Positions 21,808-31,477 are shown, counted from the stretch's first letter. The stretch: 64,000 nucleotides of DNA from Candidatus Kaiserbacteria bacterium (GCA_016217965.1 JACRFI010000020.1:11550-75549), one strand, 5' to 3'. Translations and numbers: made by a program. The notes: generated from the letters alone by a model not told the origin.

Positions 21808-22350
21808 ATGAATGGTGACGGCGAAAAGGGCGATAAGAAAAACGGTGGGCTCGTGTCTAGCGACGAATTTAAGGCTCGTGCCAAACTAAGGGAGAAAAGA
21901 ATCAACATAGAGAAACAGGAGCGAGCCCGGGCGGAAGACAGGCAAAGAGACAACAGAGTATTGGAGCGAAACACTCAATTAATGTTGAGTAAAGCTGCCG
22001 TTGAAACGAAAGCAAGGGCAGAGACAGAAGTGTTTCTAAAAACAAATGAAAGAAAGATCAAGGCTGAAATTGATGATGCTCGGGATCAGGTTTACAAACG
22101 CGCGATAATACGCCAACTTGGAGATTCTGCGGCAAATACGAAGGCCGGGGAACGTTCACCAGTGCTGATATCCTTTTTTGGCGATGCGGATACAAGTGCT
22201 GAGGGTGCCGTAAAAAGACAGGTCCTTAAGAACTGGGTTGGTAATAAATACGCGGATGTGGATGGCGATGAGTGGCCGATGGTCTGTGACGCTAATCCCG
22301 ACTACGATCTGTTCATAGAATGGCAACCAAAAGGGAAGCGAGGCAGTTAA
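21808..22350 (+). CDS. Hypothetical coiled-coil protein
   Basis: ORF starting right after the ftsQ-like stop. Confidence 0.5.
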   Translation: MNGDGEKGDKKNGGLVSSDEFKARAKLREKRINIEKQERARAEDRQRDNRVLERNTQLMLSKAAVETKARAETEVFLKTNERKIKAEIDDARDQVYKRAIIRQLGDSAANTKAGERSPVLISFFGDADTSAEGAVKRQVLKNWVGNKYADVDGDEWPMVCDANPDYDLFIEWQPKGKRGS

Positions 22351-22369
22351 TTTTGGTTCGTATGATACC

Positions 22370-23347
22370 GTGCGTCTGATGAAAAATTTCTGGGGTTTAC
22401 TTCCTAAACCTATTTTCGCACTCGCGCCGATGGAGGATGTGACCGATGCCGCATTTCGGCGGCTCATTGCGCGCTACGGAAAACCAGCGGTGATGTTTAC
22501 GGAATTCACGTCCGCTGATGGTCTTGTCTTGGCTCCTCCCGAAGCGCAGAAGATGCTCCGAAAGAAGTTGATATACGACGAAAGCGAGAGGCCTATCGTC
22601 GCACAATTATTCAGCGCCATTCCCGAGAGGATGGAGAGGGCAGCAGCTCTTGTGCAGGAACTAGGATTCGATGGGCTCGATATCAACATGGGGTGTCCGG
22701 TGGACGATGTTGTGAAGAGCGGGTGCGGTGCAGCGCTCATCAATGATCCTTTGCTTGCACAAGAACTCATACGTGCGGGGCGCAGGGGCGCGCCGCATCT
22801 GCCGATTTCTGTCAAAACCCGCATTGGGTATCGCGAAAACACGCTGGATACTTGGTTGCCAACTCTTCTGTCCGAAGGAATCGCTGCTATCACGATTCAC
22901 GCCCGCACTCGGAATGAAATGTCTGCGGTTCCAGCGCATTGGGATGCTGTTGCGCAGGCCGTACAGATACGCGACCGACTCCGCTCAAAAACGCTTATCC
23001 TGGGAAACGGTGATGCCCGCGACCTGGCGCACGCACAAGAACTCGCAAGAGAAAGCGGAGCAGACGGAATCATGCTCGGCCGCGCTATCTACGGGAACCC
23101 ATGGTTGTTTTCGAATCGAACTAGTCCTCCCTCTCCGCAAGAACGCATTGGTGCGCTTATTGAACACCTCGAACTCTTTGACGAACTCCTTTCGGATACG
23201 ACGCATTACGCGGTCATGAAAAAGCATTTCAAAGCCTACATTTCCGGGTGGGACGGAGCAAAAGAACTCCGAATTCATCTCATGGAGACGCAAAGCAGCA
23301 GGGAAGCAAAAACGACACTCGAACGAGCAATCTCTCATTTTTCCTGA
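22370..23347 (+). CDS. dus: tRNA-dihydrouridine synthase
   Basis: LAPMEDVTD, DINMGCP, SVKTRIG, LGNGD, GRAIYGNPW. Confidence 0.93.
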   Translation: MRLMKNFWGLLPKPIFALAPMEDVTDAAFRRLIARYGKPAVMFTEFTSADGLVLAPPEAQKMLRKKLIYDESERPIVAQLFSAIPERMERAAALVQELGFDGLDINMGCPVDDVVKSGCGAALINDPLLAQELIRAGRRGAPHLPISVKTRIGYRENTLDTWLPTLLSEGIAAITIHARTRNEMSAVPAHWDAVAQAVQIRDRLRSKTLILGNGDARDLAHAQELARESGADGIMLGRAIYGNPWLFSNRTSPPSPQERIGALIEHLELFDELLSDTTHYAVMKKHFKAYISGWDGAKELRIHLMETQSSREAKTTLERAISHFS

Positions 23348-24976
23348 CTATGCATCGCGATGTTTTTCGTACCATGCATCCCGTGCAGCATGGAGCTCGG
23401 CCATTTGCAGTGGCGTAAGTTTTCTGCGGCGCAGCACAACTGAATTTCGATCCTCGGCTTTGACTGGCGAGTTGGTGTTATATTCCTCTTTGATTTTGGT
23501 ATTATGCATGAGATCAAAATAAGGCGATGATTTTAGATTTTGCAGGAACTGTTTTGGAACAGGGTAGATGCGCGCAGTTCCTCCAGGTTTTAACACGCGT
23601 GCAACTTCATTAAACGCTTGCTCCAATGCTCCAGGATTATCAACAAACTTGTCGAAAACCCAGCATGACAGAATGCGATCGACGCTTTCATCTTCGCGGG
23701 GAATGCGTTGCGCGCCCCCAGGGATGAGCGTATTTTTTGACGCCCAAAATTCTTCAAGATCGGCATTGCCATACGCAATATCGGAGTAGCTCGCTCGGTT
23801 CCAATCGTAGAGCAAATCAAGTCCCGCAAACGTGAGAGATGGGTTTACTGTTCTCGCAACGTTCATAAGCGATTCCGGGTTTCTGTATGTGGTGCCGGCT
23901 CCGATGTCCAACCAAAATTCGTTATGTGCCTCTGAGATCTCTCGAGTTACCTGTTCTTGGCCGCCAAGCTCAAAAAATAAAAGATCTCTGTATTCATCCG
24001 CTACTCGCCCAGTTGTTCCTGCGTGCCGCAAATAGTCCATATCACGGAACATATCCTTCTGGTTCGCGAATATTCCAGAAACCAATTTCGTAAGTGCAAG
24101 ATTACCTCGTCGAGTGCGCGAGTCTGCGCTAGCAACATGCTGTTGCACCATTTCTCGGTTATCTGAGTAACTGGCAAGAACAGCGCGTACGCGTATGTAC
24201 TTTGGTGAGCGCAAAAGAACTGCAATTCGCGGGATTTCCGAATCGTGCGCCACAATAAAATTAACGAGCGGGGCAAGATACCTTTCGTATTGCGAGCGTG
24301 CATTTTCAATCCAATCCCCGATTGCGCCAGCTGAGAGCGCGTGTGGTTTTAAGGATTTCTGGAATAGCGTGCATTGTTCGAGCAAGCGCTCAATTATTTC
24401 TTCCCGTTCCTCTTTTACGCGTCTTTCCGCGCGTTCCTTTATTTCCGCTTTCGTTGGTTTTTTCCGTCGGGGCTGGCGAGGAGCTTTTTGGGGCTTTGGC
24501 ACTGGATGCGAGATTGTAGATTCAGAGAGAGAAGTTTGTGTGGGTTCAGATGGTGTCATTTCTGGTGTTTTTGCCGGTTCAATTGTTGTCTTTCGAACCT
24601 CTTCTTCCGGCGGAGGCTCTGCTCTTTTTGAATCAGTAGTATTTGTGTTCGGGGTTTCAGCAGCCAGGAATTGCGCATTGTATGGGTTGCATCGGAACGT
24701 ATTTCTCAGCCAATGTTCTATTCGCATGGGCCGATATCGTGATGGTTGGAAGAGCGTGACATCAGGAGCCTCGACGATTGAAGTCTCTCTATCTACATGC
24801 TGCACGGTAAAATTACCCATGTGCTTTCCGTTTTCGATGACGGTTATTGTCGCTGTCTCGATTCTCCTATACCGCATCCAGCCGACAAGTCGTCGTCTTA
24901 CCTCATTAATACCCTGATATGTTTGCGTATCGGGTGGTCTTTGTGGCGCCCCAAGGGGATCTCCGATATCAGTCAT
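23348..24976 (-). CDS. Hypothetical protein with C-terminal class I methyltransferase-like domain
   Basis: WLDIGAG, DESVDRILS, EVARVLKPGG; start MTDIG inferred. Confidence 0.65.
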   Translation of the reverse strand: MTDIGDPLGAPQRPPDTQTYQGINEVRRRLVGWMRYRRIETATITVIENGKHMGNFTVQHVDRETSIVEAPDVTLFQPSRYRPMRIEHWLRNTFRCNPYNAQFLAAETPNTNTTDSKRAEPPPEEEVRKTTIEPAKTPEMTPSEPTQTSLSESTISHPVPKPQKAPRQPRRKKPTKAEIKERAERRVKEEREEIIERLLEQCTLFQKSLKPHALSAGAIGDWIENARSQYERYLAPLVNFIVAHDSEIPRIAVLLRSPKYIRVRAVLASYSDNREMVQQHVASADSRTRRGNLALTKLVSGIFANQKDMFRDMDYLRHAGTTGRVADEYRDLLFFELGGQEQVTREISEAHNEFWLDIGAGTTYRNPESLMNVARTVNPSLTFAGLDLLYDWNRASYSDIAYGNADLEEFWASKNTLIPGGAQRIPREDESVDRILSCWVFDKFVDNPGALEQAFNEVARVLKPGGTARIYPVPKQFLQNLKSSPYFDLMHNTKIKEEYNTNSPVKAEDRNSVVLRRRKLTPLQMAELHAARDAWYEKHRDA

Positions 24977-24982
24977 TCTTGC

Positions 24983-24990
24983 ATTATACT
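24983..24990. promoter_or_regulatory. Overlapping divergent -10 boxes
   Basis: TATACT (+) 7 nt before dnaX ATG; TATAAT (-) 6 nt before ATG at 24976. Confidence 0.6.
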
Positions 24991-24997
24991 GTCGCTC

Positions 24998-26038
24998 ATG
25001 GTCGCGGCAAAAAAATACGGCACTCTCTATCGTGAATATCGGCCACAGACGTTCGAAGAAACGCACGGGCAAGACCACATTGTAAAGGTCCTCGAAGCGC
25101 AGATACAAGCAAAAAGACCGGCTCATGCGTACCTATTTGTCGGGAGCAGGGGGACGGGAAAGACGACCTTCGCGCGGATTCTAGCGCGAGAACTTGGGGT
25201 AACCGACAAAGACCTGTACGAAATGGATGCAGCGTCGCACACGGGGGTAGACAACATCCGCGAGCTGCGCGAAGGCGCCAACGTGATGCCGTTCGAGTCT
25301 TCGTACAAATTTTACATTATCGACGAAGCGCACATGCTCTCTAAGGGCGCATGGAATGCGTTCTTGAAAACCCTCGAAGAGCCGCCTCCTCATGTTATCT
25401 TCGTCCTCGCGACGACGGACCGGGATAAAGTGCCAGACACTATCCAATCGAGATGCGAAATATATTCTTTCAAACAACCGACGCGCGAAGTGCTTGCACA
25501 GGTCATAACTGATGTCGCGAAAAAAGAAGGATTCGCGCTCGAGGGTGCGGCATCCGAATTGGTCGCGCTTCTTGCCGAAGGTTCGTTCCGTGACGGACTT
25601 TCTATTCTGCAGAAAGTGCTTGCCGTCTCGAAAGATAAAAAGGTAAATGTATCTGAAGTAGAAGAAGTTTCCGGTGCACCGCGGGGAGAATTGGTGCGCC
25701 AGCTCTTGAAGGCAATTTCAGAGAAAAACGCGAAGGATGCGCTCAGTACAATAAAACAAGCTGTGGACGACAATCTGGATGTGCGTGTTCTTACAAAACT
25801 TCTTATACACCGCCTCCGGGTGGTGTTGTTGCTCCGCCATGCGCCGGACCTTGCGGAATCTTTTTCAAAGGAACTAACCGATGCTGACCTCGCGATGGCG
25901 AAAGAGATATCAAAAAATCCTGGTGTTACGTCCGATACGCTCCGCATGATACTAGATGCGTACGGGACGATGGCGTATGCTGCGGTCCCACACTTGCCGC
26001 TTGAATTAGCTACCATCGAAATATGCGGCAAAGAATAA
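24998..26038 (+). CDS. dnaX: DNA polymerase III subunit gamma/tau
   Basis: LYREYRPQTF, GSRGTGKTT, IIDEAHML, LKTLEEPP, SRC. Confidence 0.95.
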   Translation: MVAAKKYGTLYREYRPQTFEETHGQDHIVKVLEAQIQAKRPAHAYLFVGSRGTGKTTFARILARELGVTDKDLYEMDAASHTGVDNIRELREGANVMPFESSYKFYIIDEAHMLSKGAWNAFLKTLEEPPPHVIFVLATTDRDKVPDTIQSRCEIYSFKQPTREVLAQVITDVAKKEGFALEGAASELVALLAEGSFRDGLSILQKVLAVSKDKKVNVSEVEEVSGAPRGELVRQLLKAISEKNAKDALSTIKQAVDDNLDVRVLTKLLIHRLRVVLLLRHAPDLAESFSKELTDADLAMAKEISKNPGVTSDTLRMILDAYGTMAYAAVPHLPLELATIEICGKE

Positions 26039-26808
26039 CTAAGCCCTTCAAGCGGAAAAAACAGAACACGACCTGGGGGCACGTTGCCGATTGGTATCAT
26101 CAGCACGTCACCGAAAACGAAGATACGTATCACGAGAAAGTCATCAAGCCGAATCTCATGGAGGTGTTGGGCGATCTGAAGGGCAAGCACGTTCTCGATG
26201 TCGCGTGTGGGCAGGGGATATTCTCGCGAGAAATGCACGCGCGCGGCGCGCAGGTTACGGGCATCGATATCGCGCCCGAGTTGATCGAGATCGCAAAGAA
26301 GGCCGGGCCAGCGGACATTTCGTATCGTGTTGCACCTGCCGACAGGATTGCTTTACCCGACACGTCGTTCGATGTGGCGATCTGCGTGCTTGCGCTTCAG
26401 AACATCAAGAACCTTTCGGGCACGATTGCACAGATCGCGAGTCTTTTGAAGAAAGGAGGAGAATTCGTTATCGTCCTGAATCATCCAGGGTTCCGTATCC
26501 CGCGCCGATCACAATGGGGGTATGATCCCGATACGAAAGTACAGTTCCGTCGGCTCGATGGGTACCTTTCAGAAAGTGCGCACCGGATCGAAATGCATCC
26601 TGGTTCTGAGAGGCACATCACAACAATCACGTACCATCGCCCGCTTCAATCGTATGTGTCTGCACTCGCGAACCATGGATTTTCAGTCACAGGACTCGAA
26701 GAATGGATCTCTCACAAAGAGAGCGAAAAGGGTCCGAAATCAGAAGCGGAGAACCGCGCTCGCAAAGAATTCCCGCTCTTTTTGATGCTGAGAGCGCAAA
26801 AAAATTAA
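26023..26808 (+). CDS. Class I SAM-dependent methyltransferase
   Basis: VLDVACGQG, LLKKGG. Confidence 0.88.
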   Translation: MRQRITKPFKRKKQNTTWGHVADWYHQHVTENEDTYHEKVIKPNLMEVLGDLKGKHVLDVACGQGIFSREMHARGAQVTGIDIAPELIEIAKKAGPADISYRVAPADRIALPDTSFDVAICVLALQNIKNLSGTIAQIASLLKKGGEFVIVLNHPGFRIPRRSQWGYDPDTKVQFRRLDGYLSESAHRIEMHPGSERHITTITYHRPLQSYVSALANHGFSVTGLEEWISHKESEKGPKSEAENRARKEFPLFLMLRAQKN

Positions 26809-26846
26809 TTGCTGAAAGGCGTAAAATCCCGTACCATCGAGGACAT

Positions 26847-26889
26847 TGCCGGATCGCCTGCCTGCGCAGGCAGGTCTAATGGTAGAACA
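26847..26889 (+). pseudogene. Duplicated 5' fragment of tRNA-Gln interrupted by an 18-bp palindrome
   Basis: tgccggatcg[cctgcctgcgcaggcagg]tctaatggtagaaca vs tRNA tgccggatcgtctaacggtaggaca. Confidence 0.8.
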
Positions 26890-27134
26890 TGTGGGTAGTG
26901 TATTTTCTAAAATCTACATCGAAAAGATGGTACTACGTCGGTAGTACGAACGATTTGGAACGAAGAGTCAAACAACACGATCTCGGTCGCGTGAGATCCA
27001 CAAAAAACCACTGTCCATTTCTTCTCGTACATACTCTTGAATTTGGAAGCGAAGCGGAGGCAAGAGCGTTCGAGCGAAGAATCAAGAAGCAACGATTGCT
27101 TAAAGAGCAGATTATTCGTACTATCGAGCTGTAA
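26889..27134 (+). CDS. Stand-alone GIY-YIG nuclease (81 aa)
   Basis: WVVYFL..YYVGSTNDLERRVKQH..ERRIK. Confidence 0.9.
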   Translation: MWVVYFLKSTSKRWYYVGSTNDLERRVKQHDLGRVRSTKNHCPFLLVHTLEFGSEAEARAFERRIKKQRLLKEQIIRTIEL

Positions 27135-27205
27135 TGCCGGATCGTCTAACGGTAGGACAGCAGCCTTTGAAGCTGTGAATCTTGGTTCGATTCCAAGTCC
27201 GGCAA
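27135..27205 (+). tRNA. tRNA-Gln(TTG)
   Basis: TGCCGGA/TCCGGCA acceptor, gcagc-ctTTGaa-gctgt, GGTTCGATTCC. Confidence 0.95.
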
Positions 27206-27253
27206 AACGTAGCAAAGTGGCAGCACGCCCCTCTAGAGTAGTACAATGCCGCT

Positions 27254-27652
27254 ATGGGCGCGGAGCGCAAGATAAAAGTGCTCATGCTCGATGACGAGCA
27301 GTTTCTGCTCTTTGTGTACAAAACGGCTTTCGAAAAGAAAGGGTATGAAGTGACCGCGTATCATGATGTCGACAATGCCCTGAAAGCGCTAAGAGGAGGG
27401 TACGTGCCGAATGTTATTTTGTTCGATATAACGATGCCTGACAGCAGAAGTGGGTATGAATTTATAGAAACAGTGTATGCAGAAAAATTGGCAAAACACA
27501 GCCTTAAGATTGCGCTCACGAACGAAGGACAGGATGGGGAATTGAAGCGCATGGGGGAGCTCGGAGCGGACGCTCATTTTCTTAAAGCAAAATACATTCC
27601 CTCCGAGATCGAGGCGGCGGTAGCAGAAATGCTGAAAACGAAGCGCCATTAA
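27254..27652 (+). CDS. Single-domain response regulator
   Basis: LMLDDE, FDITMP, LTN, FLK. Confidence 0.88.
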   Translation: MGAERKIKVLMLDDEQFLLFVYKTAFEKKGYEVTAYHDVDNALKALRGGYVPNVILFDITMPDSRSGYEFIETVYAEKLAKHSLKIALTNEGQDGELKRMGELGADAHFLKAKYIPSEIEAAVAEMLKTKRH

Positions 27653-27679
27653 TTCACTCATTTCGATCTTCGTGCGGCT

Positions 27680-27708
27680 TTGACAATCAGAGCTATGCGC
27701 GGCATACT
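27680..27708 (+). promoter_or_regulatory. Sigma70-type promoter
   Basis: TTGACA-17 nt-CATACT, 7 nt before ATG at 27716. Confidence 0.65.
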
Positions 27709-27715
27709 CGCGCGT

Positions 27716-28489
27716 ATGAAAAATCTAATTGCTGGGGTTATTTTACTTGTCATTATTGTCGGTGGGGGATATTGGTACATTCAAAATCAAACAGCGCCGG
27801 CAGACACGAACATGCAGGCTGATGAAAGCGCTATGCAGCAAGATACAGATTCTTATCCGTATACATGCGACAACGGTTCGGAATTCACGATGGCACCTTC
27901 GGACAACCTGAGCACCATACAAATATCAGCAGGCTCGCAGGGAGCGTTCACTGGGACAGCAACACTCGCAAGTGTTGCATCGAATGCTGGCGCGCGTTTT
28001 GAGGGCAGCCACATGGGACAGAACATCACGTTTGTTGGTGCTGGCGAAGAAGTGCAACTGACGGTGGGCAACGCGCTCATGATCTGCAATCCAAAACCAA
28101 GCCAGGATATGGCTCCATGGAATTGGGGGGATGCTGGCGAAGGGGGTGGAGTGAAGCAAGATGTGACTGTCATTGTCGGCGAAAGTATCGTGGGGAAGTG
28201 GCAAAGCGTGGACGATGCGTCATTCGTTCGTGAATTTAAAACAGGCGGGAAAGTTTCGGACTGGTCTAATGGCAAAGTTGTCTCGACTGGCACATACACC
28301 GTTTTCTCAAGTGAAAAACCGGTGACGGTGTCTTTCCCGATCCAAGCGAATGCGGCGTATCTACAACTCACAATGCAGGGGACGCAAGCGGACAAATTGA
28401 ACTTCAAAGTGAACAAACTTACACCTGAAGAATTAGAGCTAACGTACATGGATCGCGGAGGAGTGTTGCGATTCAAAGCGGCTCAGTAA
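27716..28489 (+). CDS. Membrane-anchored protein, MliC-like plus lipocalin-like domains
   Basis: N-terminal TM, YTCDNG..SNAGARF..C, IVGKWQSVDD. Confidence 0.6.
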   Translation: MKNLIAGVILLVIIVGGGYWYIQNQTAPADTNMQADESAMQQDTDSYPYTCDNGSEFTMAPSDNLSTIQISAGSQGAFTGTATLASVASNAGARFEGSHMGQNITFVGAGEEVQLTVGNALMICNPKPSQDMAPWNWGDAGEGGGVKQDVTVIVGESIVGKWQSVDDASFVREFKTGGKVSDWSNGKVVSTGTYTVFSSEKPVTVSFPIQANAAYLQLTMQGTQADKLNFKVNKLTPEELELTYMDRGGVLRFKAAQ

Positions 28490-28493
28490 TTCC

Positions 28494-28620
28494 TTTCAAA
28501 ACTCTTTTCTCGGCACAAGTTCGACGAGACACGCATAAAATCCTGCTGGATTTTTGCTCTGCTCGCGCCAGTCGCGCTGTGCAAGGTCTCGTCGAACTTG
28601 TGCCTCGACGAGTTTTGAAA
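28494..28620 (-). repeat. Structured repeat copy E (AGCA-loop family) with terminal inverted repeats
   Basis: tttcaaaactc/gagttttgaaa ends; perfect 19-bp stem 28512-28530/28586-28604. Confidence 0.7.
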
Positions 28621-28639
28621 CACACGGTATCCTCTCCTC

Positions 28640-29188
28640 ATGGCGAAAACCCCTTCCGGTTCACTTATGCAAAAAGGTGGGACAGCACCCGATTTCTCGT
28701 TATCCGGTACGGACGGGCGCACATATTCACTATCAGATTTTGCCGGCAAAGAGGGGATATTCATTTTATTCATGTGCAATCATTGCCCCTATGTGAAGGC
28801 GCGCATGGCAGAAGTAGTGGCGCTTCACCAAGAATTCGGGGACAAGATTGCATTCATCGGCGTTAACTCGAGTGACCCGGAATATCCAGGAGAAGGCATG
28901 GAGCTCATGAAGGCGTTCGCAAAGGAGCGTGGCATGGAATTCCCGTACCTTCTCGACCAGGATGGCGCGGTTGCGAAAGCGTATGGAGCGACGTGCACGC
29001 CGGATCCGTTCTTATTTACTAAAGATAGAAAACTCGTATTCCACGGCCGTCTTGTCGACGCACTAGAGCCGCAGGAAACCGTACGGGAGCGCACGATGTC
29101 GAAGGCAATGCAAACGATTCTCATAGGTGGGGAAATCGAGCAGTGGTTCAATCCATCTCTTGGCTGTTCGATAAAATTCAAAAACTGA
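28640..29188 (+). CDS. Thioredoxin/AhpC-TSA family protein
   Basis: APDFSL, CNHCPYV, ATCTPD, GCSIK. Confidence 0.9.
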   Translation: MAKTPSGSLMQKGGTAPDFSLSGTDGRTYSLSDFAGKEGIFILFMCNHCPYVKARMAEVVALHQEFGDKIAFIGVNSSDPEYPGEGMELMKAFAKERGMEFPYLLDQDGAVAKAYGATCTPDPFLFTKDRKLVFHGRLVDALEPQETVRERTMSKAMQTILIGGEIEQWFNPSLGCSIKFKN

Positions 29189-29192
29189 TGCG

Positions 29193-29405
29193 CTAGGGCC
29201 TGTTGTGGCGCAGGGTGTCGAGTGCCCAGAGGTACTCGATGACAAGGAATGGTATCCATTGCCATTCGCGAATGTAGCCAAAGTAGACACTGCCAAGAAC
29301 GACGGCGACGGTGTTGATAATAAAAAACGCGATGTCGAACTGCGGCTCATGCCGCGAGACAGGTTCGTTATTTGTGATGTAGAGAAGAAAGCGCGAAAGC
29401 CACAT
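29193..29405 (-). CDS. Small membrane protein
   Basis: MWLSRFLL.. with two hydrophobic segments. Confidence 0.55.
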   Translation of the reverse strand: MWLSRFLLYITNNEPVSRHEPQFDIAFFIINTVAVVLGSVYFGYIREWQWIPFLVIEYLWALDTLRHNRP

Positions 29406-29537
29406 GGTGTCATTGTATGGCACTTTTTTGTCTCGGGCTAATGGATTTTCGTGGATTGGTGGAGCATATTTGTCGGTGGAGTGTATTTTCGTGAATGATA
29501 GGTGTATTCTGGATGCGTTAGCCCTAACCAAAACGCT

Positions 29538-30158
29538 ATGACAAAAATTCTTATCGGCCTTGTTGTTGTATTGCTTCTTGCCACAGGCGGTGTGTATGTA
29601 TGGATGACGCTTCAACCGAAGCCCGAACCAACTCCTGCGCCTGTGACGACGCCGCAACCTGAGCCATTAGAGACATACGCATCTTCGACACTCGGCTTCA
29701 GCATCTGGTATCCAAAGGGATATGCGGTCAACGAATTGTATGCTTACGATCAGTTCGGTCCTGAAAAACTCATTCACGGCGTGAAATTCACCATACCTCT
29801 GACGATGGCGACTGGTACGAACCTATCCGCGAACGACACGGGCATTTCTGTCGAATGGCTTCCGCGCGCAAAGACGTGCACGGGCGACATCTACATCCCT
29901 GCGAACGTTCCGGCATTCAATCTGACCGATGGCAGCGTCAAATACTCGATAGCGACCACCACAGGTGCAGCGGCAGGGAACTTCTATGAAGAAACGGTAT
30001 ATGCCCTTTCCTCTAGCACTCCATGTACGGCAGTTCGGTACTTCATTCATTCCGGTAATATCGGCAATTATGCGACCGGCACCGTCCGCGAATTTGACCG
30101 CGCTGGCTTGGTGCGCGAATTCGACAAGATACGCCAGTCGCTCAAGTTCACGAGGTAG
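29538..30158 (+). CDS. Membrane-anchored hypothetical protein
   Basis: N-terminal TM, Pro-rich linker, GFSIWYP. Confidence 0.7.
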   Translation: MTKILIGLVVVLLLATGGVYVWMTLQPKPEPTPAPVTTPQPEPLETYASSTLGFSIWYPKGYAVNELYAYDQFGPEKLIHGVKFTIPLTMATGTNLSANDTGISVEWLPRAKTCTGDIYIPANVPAFNLTDGSVKYSIATTTGAAAGNFYEETVYALSSSTPCTAVRYFIHSGNIGNYATGTVREFDRAGLVREFDKIRQSLKFTR

Positions 30159-30246
30159 CGACGCGTGGGAAAGCAAAGCGCGACCAAAAAACAGTTATTC
30201 TCATTCTAATGTTTTGCAAAACATTAGAATAAGGCAGAATGGGAAT

Positions 30247-30519
30247 ATGGCGGCAGAATATCGGCGCTTGGAACGAATCGTCAAAGGGTTCGCCAATCAT
30301 CGGCGTATCGAGATCATGCACCTCTTGAAGCGCGAACCAGAGCTGTCTGTAGAGGACATCTCAGAACGTCTCAATATTGGATATGAGAATGCGTCTGATC
30401 ATGTACGCAAACTCGCGATAGCTGGGCTCGTCATGAAGCGAAATGATGGAAGGGCGGTACGCCACAAGCTCACTGAACGGGCCAACTACGTTCTGATGTT
30501 TTGCAAAAGATTGCAATGA
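30247..30519 (+). CDS. ArsR family transcriptional regulator
   Basis: KGFANHRRIEIM..ASDHVRKL..AGLV. Confidence 0.85.
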   Translation: MAAEYRRLERIVKGFANHRRIEIMHLLKREPELSVEDISERLNIGYENASDHVRKLAIAGLVMKRNDGRAVRHKLTERANYVLMFCKRLQ

Positions 30520-30559
30520 GGAAAGCAGGAAGAAATGGCGCGAGTGGAGACGTTCTGTT

Positions 30560-30901
30560 TCAAAGGTCTTTGCCGTTGTACGGCATTAAATTCAGTTTTG
30601 AGATATCGATGCTGTCGAGGCAGCGGACGTTGATGGCGACTTTCGGAAATGTGACGCCCTCTCCATATGACTGCACGCCGCACGTTTTGCAAAATAGGTG
30701 GCGGATCGCTTTCTTGTTGAACTTGTATTCCGTTAGGTTGCTTGCGCCAGAGAGCAGTTTGAACTTTTCTTTGTCGACGAAATCAAGGTAGAGCCCCTTT
30801 TTCTCGCAGTGTGAGCAGTTGCAATGGATTATCTTCTCCATGCTCGCCTCCACTTCGTACCGCACCGCGCCGCAATGGCATCCACCTGTGTATATTTTCA
30901 T
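30560..30901 (-). CDS. GFA/CENP-V family protein
   Basis: GGCHCGAVRY, CNCSHC, FCKTCG. Confidence 0.93.
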   Translation of the reverse strand: MKIYTGGCHCGAVRYEVEASMEKIIHCNCSHCEKKGLYLDFVDKEKFKLLSGASNLTEYKFNKKAIRHLFCKTCGVQSYGEGVTFPKVAINVRCLDSIDISKLNLMPYNGKDL

Positions 30902-30973
30902 ATTTACTGTTACCTATCTTGCCGATATAGTATCTCACATGCGTTGGAATCGAAAGATGCTACAATTTAGCTT

Positions 30974-31477
30974 ATGAATGGACCGGACAACATGGATGCA
31001 GGCATGACTCGCAGAAGCGTCTTGAAAGGGGTGGTATCGTTGGGCACTCTGGCTGCGGCACCTTTTCTTTTTGCCGGCCTTGCGAATGCGCGTGATTGTA
31101 CTGGGAAGCGATGCGGGGACTGGAATATAAAACCAACCCCGACGCCACGAGAAAATCCGGAAGCCATAAAAAAGTTTAAGGATGATATGAATGCAGTCGT
31201 AAGTCAGCACACGAACATTCAGCAACTTTTTGAGGAAATGCTCGGCGCATACAAACTCGATGCAAAACGATTTTCGATAACAATGTCTCCGCCGGGTCGT
31301 GCCATCCAGTTCGTGATATCAGAGGGAGGAAAGGAAATAGACAGGTTCATTATAGCCACCAAGCAGTTGAGCATGGCATACGGCGTTAATGAGACTGATC
31401 CGCAACTCATCAACAAGAGAGGATTTCAAGTGCTATTTTTAATGGGATTGCAGGAACTTCGTTTGGAGAATAAGTAA
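30974..31477 (+). CDS. Secreted hypothetical protein with twin-arginine-like signal
   Basis: TRRSVLK + hydrophobic region + ANA. Confidence 0.55.
   Translation: MNGPDNMDAGMTRRSVLKGVVSLGTLAAAPFLFAGLANARDCTGKRCGDWNIKPTPTPRENPEAIKKFKDDMNAVVSQHTNIQQLFEEMLGAYKLDAKRFSITMSPPGRAIQFVISEGGKEIDRFIIATKQLSMAYGVNETDPQLINKRGFQVLFLMGLQELRLENK

Noticed and set aside
24797-25126. Apparent long head-to-head overlap of dnaX and the methyltransferase-like ORF
   Set aside because: Artefact of longest-ORF starts; likely ATGs are 24998 and 24976
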